The translations under genes and the position numbers were made by a program. A stretch of 64,000 nt of DNA, taken from positions 191,151 through 255,150 of the forward strand of contig JBMNHC010000001.1 in NCBI GenBank assembly GCA_050950165.1, in the 5' to 3' direction. The notes below the pieces were generated by a model that had not been told where the DNA came from, did not search any database, and saw only the letters and a program-made list of their open reading frames with translations. Below are positions 48,572 to 57,916 of this stretch, piece by piece. The stretch is from Candidatus Dojkabacteria bacterium. GTDB lineage: Bacteria; Patescibacteriota; Dojkabacteria; SC72. Position 1 is the stretch's first letter. Each line of letters starts with the position of its first letter.

Positions 48572-51196
48572 TTACCTAGGTCTACTACAGCCAGATTCAT
48601 CAGGTACTGAACATCCAAAGCTTTGCAAAAGAGACAGGGGATCAACTACAGACCCATTCTGCTTTGTTTCTAAATGCAGATGAACACCAGTCCAACAGTT
48701 TCCTACTTCTACTTCAGGAGGTAGTTGTACAACAGCAACTGCCTGACCACTACCTAGCTTCTCTCCTAGTGATGCTAATGGTTTAACATGTAAGAACTTA
48801 AAGAAATATGTATTTACACCATCTGAAGCAGTTAACTCTACAATACCACCTGCCTTAGAATTGTCTCTACAGTTAATAACTGCAATTCTAGTAATACGGC
48901 AATCTCCAGAAGAACAGAACTGAGGAGCATAGATATTTCCTACACTTGTTAAGTCAACTGGCATATTACTGGTATAGTTTTGATGGCTCCAACCTTGTAC
49001 ATCTTTGTACCCTTGAGAACATCCGTAAGAGCCTGCACCGAAAAGACATTGTTCTCCTGATGGAGGAGGAATTATAGGTTGGCCCCATGGATATTCTCCA
49101 CTTGTCAACTCTTGTTCTTCATATGCAGAGCACATAATTGTTGTACCTGGTACTGTGTGGTAATACGAAAAGTTTTTCCTAAAGAAAGACTTAGTAGCAC
49201 TTGCAGCTGTAAACCAGACTACTGCTATCACACCAAAAAGACCTATTAAAGCATATTTGGCAATTACAAAAAGCTGACCAATAACTCTCATAACAAAGCC
49301 AGAAATTGCTTGAGTCAACAATGCTGCAACAACAGTTCCAATGGGACCTAAAGTTATACCCAATGCTGCTGCCGCTGCTCCAATAAGTGATCTTACAAAT
49401 ACATCAATACCCCCCTTTGCTACCCATTTCTCTAGTAAGTGCAAAGCTTGTGATTTAACAAACCAATTCCTAACAGTAGGATTTTTTAAAAGCCAATCCA
49501 TTACTTTTGTACGAACATCTTTTAACTTCCCTTGGAAGAACTGGTTTGCCTTCTGCTGTACTCTATATATCCCACTAAAAGCATGGGTTAGTTTTTTAAA
49601 GGTCTTTCCTGAATTTAAAAGTTTAGTTAATTCCTGCAGATCTACATCTTTATTTCCTGCAAGACTATTAAGTAGATTTTCAACAAAAGTATCAATATCC
49701 TTACTACTGAATCCAGCATCTAAAGATTCGGCAGTTATGCCAAGTCCAGCTAACTTGTCAAAACCAGGAAGTTTTTTAATCTTGTCCAACCTATTATTCA
49801 ATAAATATGCAAAGCCTTCTCCATTGTAAAAGAATGTTTTAAATATAGATCTAGGCGTTAAGTAGTTTAAATTTGTCATTACTTGGTTATACTTACCTAG
49901 CATTTTAGAAGGGACCTCTCTTTTAACGAGTATTCCGTCTACGCCACCTACTGTTTTCTCACTTGATGGAAGAAAAAGAGAGTTTAGATTTTTATCATAA
50001 ATAGAGCCATTAAGAATAGAGCCAACAAAGTTAGCACCATAGAGATTAGAGAAAGAGTTGTAATATCCTTCTAACTGCCCAATTCGACCAAGTAGAGTAT
50101 GCCCATTAACTACACGCAAAGCTCCTTTAGCATCTCTCAATTCTTTCCTCAATCTTTTCTTCTCAGCAGAAGTAGTTGCACTTTTAAGATCCGTTCTAAG
50201 TTGTTCTATTGTATTATTTAATTCCAACCTATCCCTATCTAGAATATATCGAGCCTTTTTATACACTCCCCGTTGCTCATCAGAGATAGTAGGATCTGCA
50301 ATTCTGTCATCTAGGTTATCCCTCTCTAACGACTTGTAAAGCTTTCCTGCAAAAATATCTACTCCTTCACTCTCTTTAAGAACTCCACCAACAGCTCCTG
50401 TAAATCTAGTTTCAATATCTGGAATAGTATGGCCATATCTTCTAAATAGCTCTCGTCCTACTTCTAATCTAGAGTTAGCTAGCGACCCATCAGGTCCACT
50501 TTCTCCCAAAAGTTTTGAAAAATCTGCTTTATCCTTCTCACTTAAACTTAACCAACTACTACCAAAAGTTTTTCTTCCTAAAAGTTCAAACGATCTGTTT
50601 GCCATAAAATCAAGATCTCTAGGCGAGAATCTCCCTCCTACAGCAGTTCCCTGTATCTTAGATTGAGGATCTCCTGAATGAGATGCACCATACTGTCCTA
50701 ATGCTCTCTCTATTGCATAACTATCTGCTCTGCTAATAGTTCCTCCTAGTACTGCACGCTTTGCTTCTTCATCTCCATATTTATGTGCCCACGCAGTTGT
50801 GATTACATCCTCTGCCAAAGCACCAAGGAAAAGAGCTCTCTGACTCTTACGGATAGCATTTTGGGTCTTAATTGCTTTATCAAATGCTGCAGCAGGATCT
50901 CGAAGAAAATCAATCATACCCATGGTTGTAAACTTCACACTTCCGTACTCACCATACTTTATTCTCCCTATTTCAACATTCAATGCATCATTAAACTCAC
51001 TGATAACGGTATCTGAAACAAAAGCACCAGGTCTTTCCAATGCAGCAAATATTCCATCTGTTAATTCACTATCTGCTGCTATACCAGTTGGAGTAATGGG
51101 TCTTCTCCTCTCAGGAGGTTTTTTTGATTCTTCAAAAAGAAAATCAAATACACTACCTAAAGCATCATAATTGTCTGACTTAGGTTTATTTGCCAT
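48572..51196 (-). CDS. Large membrane protein: ~600-aa N-terminal domain without signal peptide, TM bundle, C-terminal M23 (LytM) metallopeptidase domain
   Basis: 874 aa. Hydrophobic helices around aa 615-680. C-terminal ...GNCWTGVHLHLETKQNGSVVDPL is the M23 HxH motif. Confidence 0.6.
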   Translation of the reverse strand: MANKPKSDNYDALGSVFDFLFEESKKPPERRRPITPTGIAADSELTDGIFAALERPGAFVSDTVISEFNDALNVEIGRIKYGEYGSVKFTTMGMIDFLRDPAAAFDKAIKTQNAIRKSQRALFLGALAEDVITTAWAHKYGDEEAKRAVLGGTISRADSYAIERALGQYGASHSGDPQSKIQGTAVGGRFSPRDLDFMANRSFELLGRKTFGSSWLSLSEKDKADFSKLLGESGPDGSLANSRLEVGRELFRRYGHTIPDIETRFTGAVGGVLKESEGVDIFAGKLYKSLERDNLDDRIADPTISDEQRGVYKKARYILDRDRLELNNTIEQLRTDLKSATTSAEKKRLRKELRDAKGALRVVNGHTLLGRIGQLEGYYNSFSNLYGANFVGSILNGSIYDKNLNSLFLPSSEKTVGGVDGILVKREVPSKMLGKYNQVMTNLNYLTPRSIFKTFFYNGEGFAYLLNNRLDKIKKLPGFDKLAGLGITAESLDAGFSSKDIDTFVENLLNSLAGNKDVDLQELTKLLNSGKTFKKLTHAFSGIYRVQQKANQFFQGKLKDVRTKVMDWLLKNPTVRNWFVKSQALHLLEKWVAKGGIDVFVRSLIGAAAAALGITLGPIGTVVAALLTQAISGFVMRVIGQLFVIAKYALIGLFGVIAVVWFTAASATKSFFRKNFSYYHTVPGTTIMCSAYEEQELTSGEYPWGQPIIPPPSGEQCLFGAGSYGCSQGYKDVQGWSHQNYTSNMPVDLTSVGNIYAPQFCSSGDCRITRIAVINCRDNSKAGGIVELTASDGVNTYFFKFLHVKPLASLGEKLGSGQAVAVVQLPPEVEVGNCWTGVHLHLETKQNGSVVDPLSLLQSFGCSVPDESGCSRPR

Positions 51197-51212
51197 AGAT
51201 TACTCATATATC

Positions 51213-52691
51213 TTACTTAAACATACTTCCAATTAAAGGTATCTTAGAAAGACTTGCTTTTGCTGCTGCCATACCCTCACCTACAGCCTTAGGCGAACTT
51301 GGTGGGAACCAACTTTCTAAGAACTTAGGAGCTTGTGCTGCAAAGTAGAGTACAAATATTTTAAGAATAAATAACAAAAAACCAGATGTGGCATTGAGCC
51401 CATCTGGGTCATAGACATTTGGGTCTGAATTAACTAATTTACCTGGGAAACTAAGTAATAACTTGTCTCCAGATTTTTGTATTGCAGTTGGAATATTTAC
51501 AATAAAGAGTACTACTGGAAATACTAACACATTCCTCAGGATTGAAAGAAACCAGTTTTTAATCATATGACTATTACCTGGTAGTGCTCCTGCAGTTATT
51601 TGAATGGGAGCCAATATGACAGAAATTAACAGAGAGAATAATGCTTTATACAATGCTATTAACACCTTAATAGCCCCAACTACAATTATACCTAATACTA
51701 CCAAAAGAAGTATTAATCCAATAGTTCCGAGGATTGTAACTCCTTTTCCGAGCCATAACCATTTAGTAGCAGAACCAATTACTTTACTAATCACTGCAGT
51801 TAGTCCTTTTCCTCCAAGTACCAAACTTCCACTAGTCACTCCTCCCCCTATAAAAACTCCCCAACCCATTACTGCTTTCATTAATCCTCCTAGTGTAGCA
51901 ATAGAGCCTGCTTCCATTCCCCCTTCTCCGAAGATAAACACAAGAAGACCTGTTAATACTCCTCCTAAATCTATAATCAGACCTGCTATTGCAAAACTAA
52001 AAGTAGCAAGTACTAAAGCCACTATTACTCCAGGCAATACATTACCTATCGTCACCATAGTTTGCCCTCCTAACTTGTGTCTAAACATAATCATAAATCC
52101 TGCAATAATCATAATAATTACAAAAACAACATATGAAAGATTTAACACCCTGTTCCAGAGACCTACAATACCACTATCTGTTAACACCTGATACCCTGAA
52201 TCATGAGTTGCTGCATACAAGCTAACACTATTCTCTGCATACCCAGGAACCCACTGCTGTGCTAAATGCTCAGGGACATTAACAGTAGGGTATATTGCAT
52301 ATGCAAAATCTCCAGCATCAGATGCTAAACCCAATACTCCTCTCTTTAAGTCATAAGGGATATTAGGATTATGCTTTATTAACTCACTATACTCAGATAT
52401 CTCCTCCCCACCTAATAGGGAAACTCCAAGCCATGCACTATTCATCAGTTGCAATCCTCCGCTACTTGCCATATTGTCATCATTTATATCAGCTCCACTC
52501 ACTTGGTTATGAAACTGTTTAGTACCTTCAAAGTCGGGCGTAATTTTAACATCCTCCTGTGCATATACATTCAAAACACCAAAAAAGAAGAGAAGACTAA
52601 GACAGAAAAGCAAGGAGTTATAAAAGGCTTTCCTACTTACAAAGTCTTTTATACTCACAATCCCCTTATATATTTTGTATGAAATACTCAT
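51213..52691 (-). CDS. Polytopic membrane protein with secreted N-terminal domain and Gly-rich TM helices (VirB6/TrbL-like topology)
   Basis: 492 aa. Signal peptide, ~170-aa extracytoplasmic domain, then at least 6 glycine-zipper-rich TM helices. Confidence 0.45.
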   Translation of the reverse strand: MSISYKIYKGIVSIKDFVSRKAFYNSLLFCLSLLFFFGVLNVYAQEDVKITPDFEGTKQFHNQVSGADINDDNMASSGGLQLMNSAWLGVSLLGGEEISEYSELIKHNPNIPYDLKRGVLGLASDAGDFAYAIYPTVNVPEHLAQQWVPGYAENSVSLYAATHDSGYQVLTDSGIVGLWNRVLNLSYVVFVIIMIIAGFMIMFRHKLGGQTMVTIGNVLPGVIVALVLATFSFAIAGLIIDLGGVLTGLLVFIFGEGGMEAGSIATLGGLMKAVMGWGVFIGGGVTSGSLVLGGKGLTAVISKVIGSATKWLWLGKGVTILGTIGLILLLVVLGIIVVGAIKVLIALYKALFSLLISVILAPIQITAGALPGNSHMIKNWFLSILRNVLVFPVVLFIVNIPTAIQKSGDKLLLSFPGKLVNSDPNVYDPDGLNATSGFLLFILKIFVLYFAAQAPKFLESWFPPSSPKAVGEGMAAAKASLSKIPLIGSMFK

Positions 52692-52713
52692 CTCTCGTTA
52701 ATAATAAATTAAT

Positions 52714-54057
52714 CTAAAATATTTTAACAGGAGTCTCTCCACTCCTTTTACTAGCTTCATCTGTTAAGAACTTCGTATACTCATCTTTAGATGGAGTTGC
52801 CTCTAGCTTAGGAATATCATCAAACTCTGATAACTTTCTCTCTTTATACAGATGAGAGAAGTCCCATGCACATTTAACTGTAGAACTTCCAACAATCCCC
52901 TCTATTCGAACCTTACATGCAGTAGTATAGTATACCTTGTCTGAATATTTACCTGCAGCTGCAGGATACATTGCCACTTTATTCCTAGTATTCATAAAAG
53001 CGTTTGTACAAACACCATCGGGACACTCCTTATCTGAACCAAATGGGGAGTTCATAACAACAATGATATCTTCTACATATATACAATCTTCAGACCTAGG
53101 AATCAGATTACCATTAGCATCATATTTATCCGGTCTATTACACTCATTCCATTTATAATCAGCTATATCTTGAATAATATCTACCAATGCTTGTGTAATC
53201 CAATAATTACAAGCCTTTCTAGATGAACTCGGCCAATCTATAAATTGTGCCTGACCACAATCTTCTATTGCCTTTTGTGCATCTACTTTTTCTAACTGAC
53301 CAGGATATCTATGAGTTTTATTCATTAGAAATGTAGCTATCTTGTTTGACTTATCAGGATTTACATTAGATTTGTTATTACAATGCTCACACGCATTTAC
53401 TAATTTCTGATCAACAACAATATCTCCCTCCTCTGTCTTCTGATCAGGTTTCTGTCCAAAAGCAGTAGAGTAAGGAGTTGCAAAAGGACTATCTTGTACA
53501 GGAGAAGTATATTCTATGATATTTTGACCTGGAGGAAGTTGTACATTAGCAATCTTTTCATCAAACTGTTCTCCCGCTGCTTTGTATATTGGTGTTGTAG
53601 AGGTCAACTTCCTATTCGAATCCTTAACATTAGAACCAGAGAGAAGCTCTAGAGGAACAGAGACTTCTACTAACTCTATCTTTGCATTCTTACTAACTCT
53701 CGTTCCAGATCTATGACCAGATTTGTAATCTACAGGTGTACCACCTTGAGCATTACATACAGAATATGACTGTATCTTTATCTTAGCACTTGTACAACCT
53801 TTAGATGTATCTACCGCATTCAACACTAAACCCTCTTCAGACTCCTCTACTTTCTTAATTGTAGAAGTATCCATACTATTTGATATCTCAGAAGGATTCT
53901 CTACAATCACCAACTCTTGGGTCTGCTGATTTAGTAAAATTGGCTTACTATCCCCCTTTAAGTAATTAATCACCACTACAAAAAGTAGTGCAACAAAAGA
54001 GAGCGTAAACAGTAGCAATATCGGTTTAATTTTTACATACAGCTCTTTTTTCTTCAC
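52714..54057 (-). CDS. Membrane-anchored Cys-rich secreted protein
   Basis: N-terminal TM. About 20 cysteines. KACNYWITQAL motif could be a papain-like or transglutaminase-like nucleophile (weak). Confidence 0.45.
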   Translation of the reverse strand: MKKKELYVKIKPILLLFTLSFVALLFVVVINYLKGDSKPILLNQQTQELVIVENPSEISNSMDTSTIKKVEESEEGLVLNAVDTSKGCTSAKIKIQSYSVCNAQGGTPVDYKSGHRSGTRVSKNAKIELVEVSVPLELLSGSNVKDSNRKLTSTTPIYKAAGEQFDEKIANVQLPPGQNIIEYTSPVQDSPFATPYSTAFGQKPDQKTEEGDIVVDQKLVNACEHCNNKSNVNPDKSNKIATFLMNKTHRYPGQLEKVDAQKAIEDCGQAQFIDWPSSSRKACNYWITQALVDIIQDIADYKWNECNRPDKYDANGNLIPRSEDCIYVEDIIVVMNSPFGSDKECPDGVCTNAFMNTRNKVAMYPAAAGKYSDKVYYTTACKVRIEGIVGSSTVKCAWDFSHLYKERKLSEFDDIPKLEATPSKDEYTKFLTDEASKRSGETPVKIF

Positions 54058-54085
54058 AGGCAGTTGGTATAAAGTAATATACAGC

Positions 54086-55702
54086 CTACTTAATATTAGC
54101 TATTCCATAGTCTGAAAGCAATTTAACAACACTAGGAGTAGTAGAAGAACCAATAGTAGACAAATCTATTGAGATATTAGATTGGGACATTGCAAAATCA
54201 AAAAGCTTTTTACTATCCCCTAGAACATACATACGCAATATATCAGAGTTAGAAAATGAGAAGTAAGAAGATCCATCTTGTGATCTTGCATCACCAACAG
54301 TTAATATCCAATCCCCTTTTTCGTCTGGTATTGTAGAGATATATCCTGAGCTACCAGATGTTCCCATCTCATCTTCATCCACTATCTGTCCAACTAAAAC
54401 CCAATCTCCTAATGTATCACCGTTTGTTAATACTCCAGATTTAGTTTCAAATGGAGGTGGTGTACTCAACAGTGGAAAGGTCTTTATACTATACATTTTA
54501 CCTCCATTGTCGAATTTCTCTGTACCAGAATATATCTCAAAGTAATACTGAGTATCTGGATCTAGCCTTTTTGTCTCTACTGTATGTGAGTAGTAAGAAT
54601 TTCTACTAGAGAGACCATCTCTAACATCTGATGCCTCTTCTGAAAGAGCTGTCTGAGAAGTACCATATTTTACATATCCTTCTTCTTTAGCAGAACTTCT
54701 CCAAACAACAGTAAAGCTAGTATCTGTTAAATTAGTAATTAATACTGTCTTCTCTCCAGCATCCAAAGAAGAGAAACCCTCTCCAGTCACTAAATCTAGC
54801 CATTTCAAGTCATGTACAATCTCGTACTCCATATTTACAGGTAAAGAAGGAGTTTCACTAACAGTAGGCTGAGGAGATGGAGTCGGCTTTGGATCTGGTT
54901 TCGGAGTCGGTGATAAAACTCCTACCCCTATCCCTAATTTAGATTCTTCAGGGAAGTAAGATATTAAATCAGAATTTTGTTCAACACGAAGAGCTAAAGT
55001 CTGATTTAATTTCCCATTACTATCAAAAAGCGCAGAATATTTACCCTCTAGAAAAGCCCCTTTGTCCACTCCACTCTTAGCAACTAATACTAACTCTGTA
55101 TCATCTGTTACTTTTAACATACTTTTATCTGATATCTTTCTAAATGAAGAGAGATCTACAATCCAGTTTGCTCCACTAGGTATTGTAGAAGATACAGGGT
55201 ATGCACTTTTGTTCTTTAAAAAGACATATATAACTACACTATCTGCAGATGTTCCCTCTACAGATCCATGAACAGGATTAGGAACAGGAGTATCAACTCC
55301 TACGGGAGCAGTAGTAAATACATATTCATTTGTTCCCTGTCCACTATACTTCTTACCTCCAGATACGATTAAGAAAGAATACTTAGTATTAGGTTCTAAA
55401 CTTTTTAATTCTACATAGTGAGAAGTCCTCTTCCCTTCTCCCCTTTTATCTCTTACTGGACTCTGCTCTACACCATTTAAAACAGGAACAACATATCCAT
55501 CTGAATCAATATCAGTAAACCATGTAACGGTAAGTGAGTTAGTGGTTAGATTTGTCACTATTACATCTTTTGGTACAGCCTCTGTACCTGCTTTAGAGAG
55601 ATACTGAACCCCTTTATAAACAGCAAAAATAGTTAAGGGTATACCTAGTACGAGAATAGCTACAATTTTTAACTGTCTTTTCTGATAAGGAGTTAATTGC
55701 AT
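54086..55702 (-). CDS. Surface protein with two fibronectin-III-like repeats and a Pro-rich linker
   Basis: N-terminal TM. Repeats VIVTNLTTNSLTVTWFTD..YSFLIVSGG and VLITNLTDTSFTVVWRSS..YYFEIYSG. PTPKPDPKPTPSPQP linker. Confidence 0.5.
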   Translation of the reverse strand: MQLTPYQKRQLKIVAILVLGIPLTIFAVYKGVQYLSKAGTEAVPKDVIVTNLTTNSLTVTWFTDIDSDGYVVPVLNGVEQSPVRDKRGEGKRTSHYVELKSLEPNTKYSFLIVSGGKKYSGQGTNEYVFTTAPVGVDTPVPNPVHGSVEGTSADSVVIYVFLKNKSAYPVSSTIPSGANWIVDLSSFRKISDKSMLKVTDDTELVLVAKSGVDKGAFLEGKYSALFDSNGKLNQTLALRVEQNSDLISYFPEESKLGIGVGVLSPTPKPDPKPTPSPQPTVSETPSLPVNMEYEIVHDLKWLDLVTGEGFSSLDAGEKTVLITNLTDTSFTVVWRSSAKEEGYVKYGTSQTALSEEASDVRDGLSSRNSYYSHTVETKRLDPDTQYYFEIYSGTEKFDNGGKMYSIKTFPLLSTPPPFETKSGVLTNGDTLGDWVLVGQIVDEDEMGTSGSSGYISTIPDEKGDWILTVGDARSQDGSSYFSFSNSDILRMYVLGDSKKLFDFAMSQSNISIDLSTIGSSTTPSVVKLLSDYGIANIK

Positions 55703-55743
55703 CTATCAATAATACAAAGAGAGAGGGATAATAGCAACGATTT

Positions 55744-56079
55744 TTACTCTCTTTTAGATACTATTCCTTCTACAAACCCAGAAGCTGCAGCTAGTATAGA
55801 TGATATCTTTCTTACAGGAGACACTATCGCACTATTTAACTCATATACAGTACCTTTTACTGTAGACACTATCTCCGTAGCATCTTCTAAAATTGTATTA
55901 GCCATATCTACAGTTTTACTAGCTTTCTGTATAACATCTCTAGAATCTGCTACTGCTTTTCTAGACTCTTTAATTAACAGAGCTATCTCAAAGAGAATAA
56001 AGGAGAAAAACCCTACTAACACACCAATAATTATCATCCAATACATAGGAGGAATTGTTTGCATACTTCTAATATTCAC
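55744..56079 (-). CDS. Small membrane protein (DUF948/YtxG-like architecture)
   Basis: N-terminal TM then an amphipathic helical region. Co-directional with the upstream island. Competes with antisense ORF 55697..56101. Confidence 0.4.
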   Translation of the reverse strand: MNIRSMQTIPPMYWMIIIGVLVGFFSFILFEIALLIKESRKAVADSRDVIQKASKTVDMANTILEDATEIVSTVKGTVYELNSAIVSPVRKISSILAAASGFVEGIVSKRE

Positions 56080-56148
56080 AGCTTATATATATTACATATA
56101 ATGACTTTTTACTTAATATGTCAAGCTACTTAATGGTATAATTACTTA

Positions 56149-56877
56149 ATGAGAACTTTCTTCATACCACAAAAACTCTCTCTAGGAGATACTACACACC
56201 TTTCAGATAAGGATAGTATTTTTGCAATAAAGAAACTTAATGTAAAAATTGAAGATATTCTAAAGATAGAAAACTATCAATATATTTTTAATGCAATAGT
56301 TGTAGATATTACTAAAAATAGTGTAGAGGTAGAGATAAGTGAAATAGTTTTGGAGAAAGAGAAGATTGAAGGTATAGATATTACAGTAATACAATCTTTA
56401 AGTAATGAATCAAAGTTTAATTACTTCTTAGAAAAAGCTACAGAGATAGGAGTAGATAGAATAATACCAATAGAGTCCAGCTACTCGTTAAGATCTAGAA
56501 ACAAAGCAATTAGAGACTATGGACTTTGGAAGAAAATAGTACGAGATGCAACAGAGCAATCAAGAACACAAAGAGAAACAATAATTGAAAAACCAATCAA
56601 GTTAAACCAACTACAGATAGAGAAAGGAAGTAATAGGGTCTGTCTTGCTACAGAGAATATACAGTATTCAACATTAGATAAATACATTAAGAGTATAGAT
56701 ATAAAGAAGCCCTTTGTCATTGCCATAGGGCCTGAGAAAGGATGGAGTATAGAGGATTTAGAGATATTTAAAGGTTTGGATTTTAAGTTTGTTAAATTGA
56801 ACAGTAATATTTTAAGAACAGAAACAGCAGGGTTAGTAATATCTTCTGTAATAAAGTATTTAAAAGGAGAACTTTAA
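56149..56877 (+). CDS. rsmE: 16S rRNA (uracil1498-N3)-methyltransferase
   Basis: MRTFFIP..., SPOUT C-terminal domain ...IAIGPEKGWS..E. Confidence 0.75.
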   Translation: MRTFFIPQKLSLGDTTHLSDKDSIFAIKKLNVKIEDILKIENYQYIFNAIVVDITKNSVEVEISEIVLEKEKIEGIDITVIQSLSNESKFNYFLEKATEIGVDRIIPIESSYSLRSRNKAIRDYGLWKKIVRDATEQSRTQRETIIEKPIKLNQLQIEKGSNRVCLATENIQYSTLDKYIKSIDIKKPFVIAIGPEKGWSIEDLEIFKGLDFKFVKLNSNILRTETAGLVISSVIKYLKGEL

Positions 56878-57911
56878 TGAAAAACAAAAGAGGAAGAAGT
56901 AAATTTAACAAAAAGAGATTGACTAAATACCAAGGTAGAGAAGATAGTTTTAAATATTACACTAAGGAAGATATCTTTCTTTCTAGAATGGCTAGTATCC
57001 TTCAAGTACCTAAAGGCAAGGTTGTTGGACTCTTCAGTCAAAGAACAAGGACAACAATTAGACTTAACTCTTTAAAGGCTAAACCTAAAGATACATATGA
57101 GAGATTAAAGAGAAGAGGATACAAGCTAGAGAGAGTACCTTGGGCAAATGATATATATTTTGTAAATAATAGAGATAAAGATGAAATATCACAGATAGAG
57201 GAGTATCAAGAGGGTCATTTCTACATTCAGAATCTCTCAAGTATTTTAGATACACTAATACTGGATCCAAAACCGAATGAAAAGATACTAGATATGTGTG
57301 CTGCTCCAGGTAGTAAAACTACTCATATTGCACAGATAACTAAGAATGGAGCCAATATCTTAGCAAATGAGTTAGAGATTAGCAGAACGAACTCTTTAAG
57401 AAATGTAATTGAACAGTTTGGAGCAACCTCAGTTAAGATAACTATGAGTGATGCAAGAGAGTTTGGTAAAAAATATCCTGACTACTTTGACAGAGTTCTT
57501 CTTGATGCACCGTGTAGTGGAGAGGGAATGATATATCTGAGAGGTCCTAAACCATTAAGGTTTTGGAGTATTAAGAAAGTAAAAGCATCTTCTACTATAC
57601 AAAAGGAGTTAATAGAGTCTGCATTCAAAACACTCAAACCGAAAGGGACTCTTGTATATTCAACATGTACTTTAGAACCAGAGGAAAATGAAGGTGTTAT
57701 TACCTTCTTACTAAATAAGTTCAACAATGCAAAAGTATCTAGTATTAACATTATTAACTCTGATACTTTTAAAGAGTACAAAAAATTTATCTCCCCTGGT
57801 ATTACACACTGGAGTGGAAACAATTACCATCCATCTGTTAAAAAGAGTATACGCATATCCCCTTCAGCTGACATGATGGGATTCTTTATCACAAAGATTA
57901 CTAAAGAGTAA
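56877..57911 (+). CDS. RsmB/RsmF (NOL1/NOP2/Sun) family rRNA m5C methyltransferase
   Basis: DMCAAPGSKTT SAM motif and LLDAPCSGEG catalytic motif. Confidence 0.8.
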   Translation: MKNKRGRSKFNKKRLTKYQGREDSFKYYTKEDIFLSRMASILQVPKGKVVGLFSQRTRTTIRLNSLKAKPKDTYERLKRRGYKLERVPWANDIYFVNNRDKDEISQIEEYQEGHFYIQNLSSILDTLILDPKPNEKILDMCAAPGSKTTHIAQITKNGANILANELEISRTNSLRNVIEQFGATSVKITMSDAREFGKKYPDYFDRVLLDAPCSGEGMIYLRGPKPLRFWSIKKVKASSTIQKELIESAFKTLKPKGTLVYSTCTLEPEENEGVITFLLNKFNNAKVSSINIINSDTFKEYKKFISPGITHWSGNNYHPSVKKSIRISPSADMMGFFITKITKE

Positions 57912-57916
57912 ATGTC

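Noticed and set aside
51604-52191. 195-aa plus ORF
   Set aside because: It is antisense to the polytopic membrane gene. Its Pro/Thr/Ile-rich composition is an artefact.
46372-56079. Prophage or conjugative element interpretation of the envelope island (M23 protein as tape-measure protein or PrgK-like hydrolase)
   Set aside because: There is no terminase, portal, capsid, integrase, relaxase or VirB4/VirD4 ATPase in the window, and the flanks are core genes. This is kept only as an analogy.
55697-56101. 134-aa plus-strand ORF overlapping the 111-aa minus ORF
   Set aside because: The minus-strand product has a TM plus helical architecture and continues the co-directional island. The plus ORF is kept only as an alternative. 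Confidence in either is modest.
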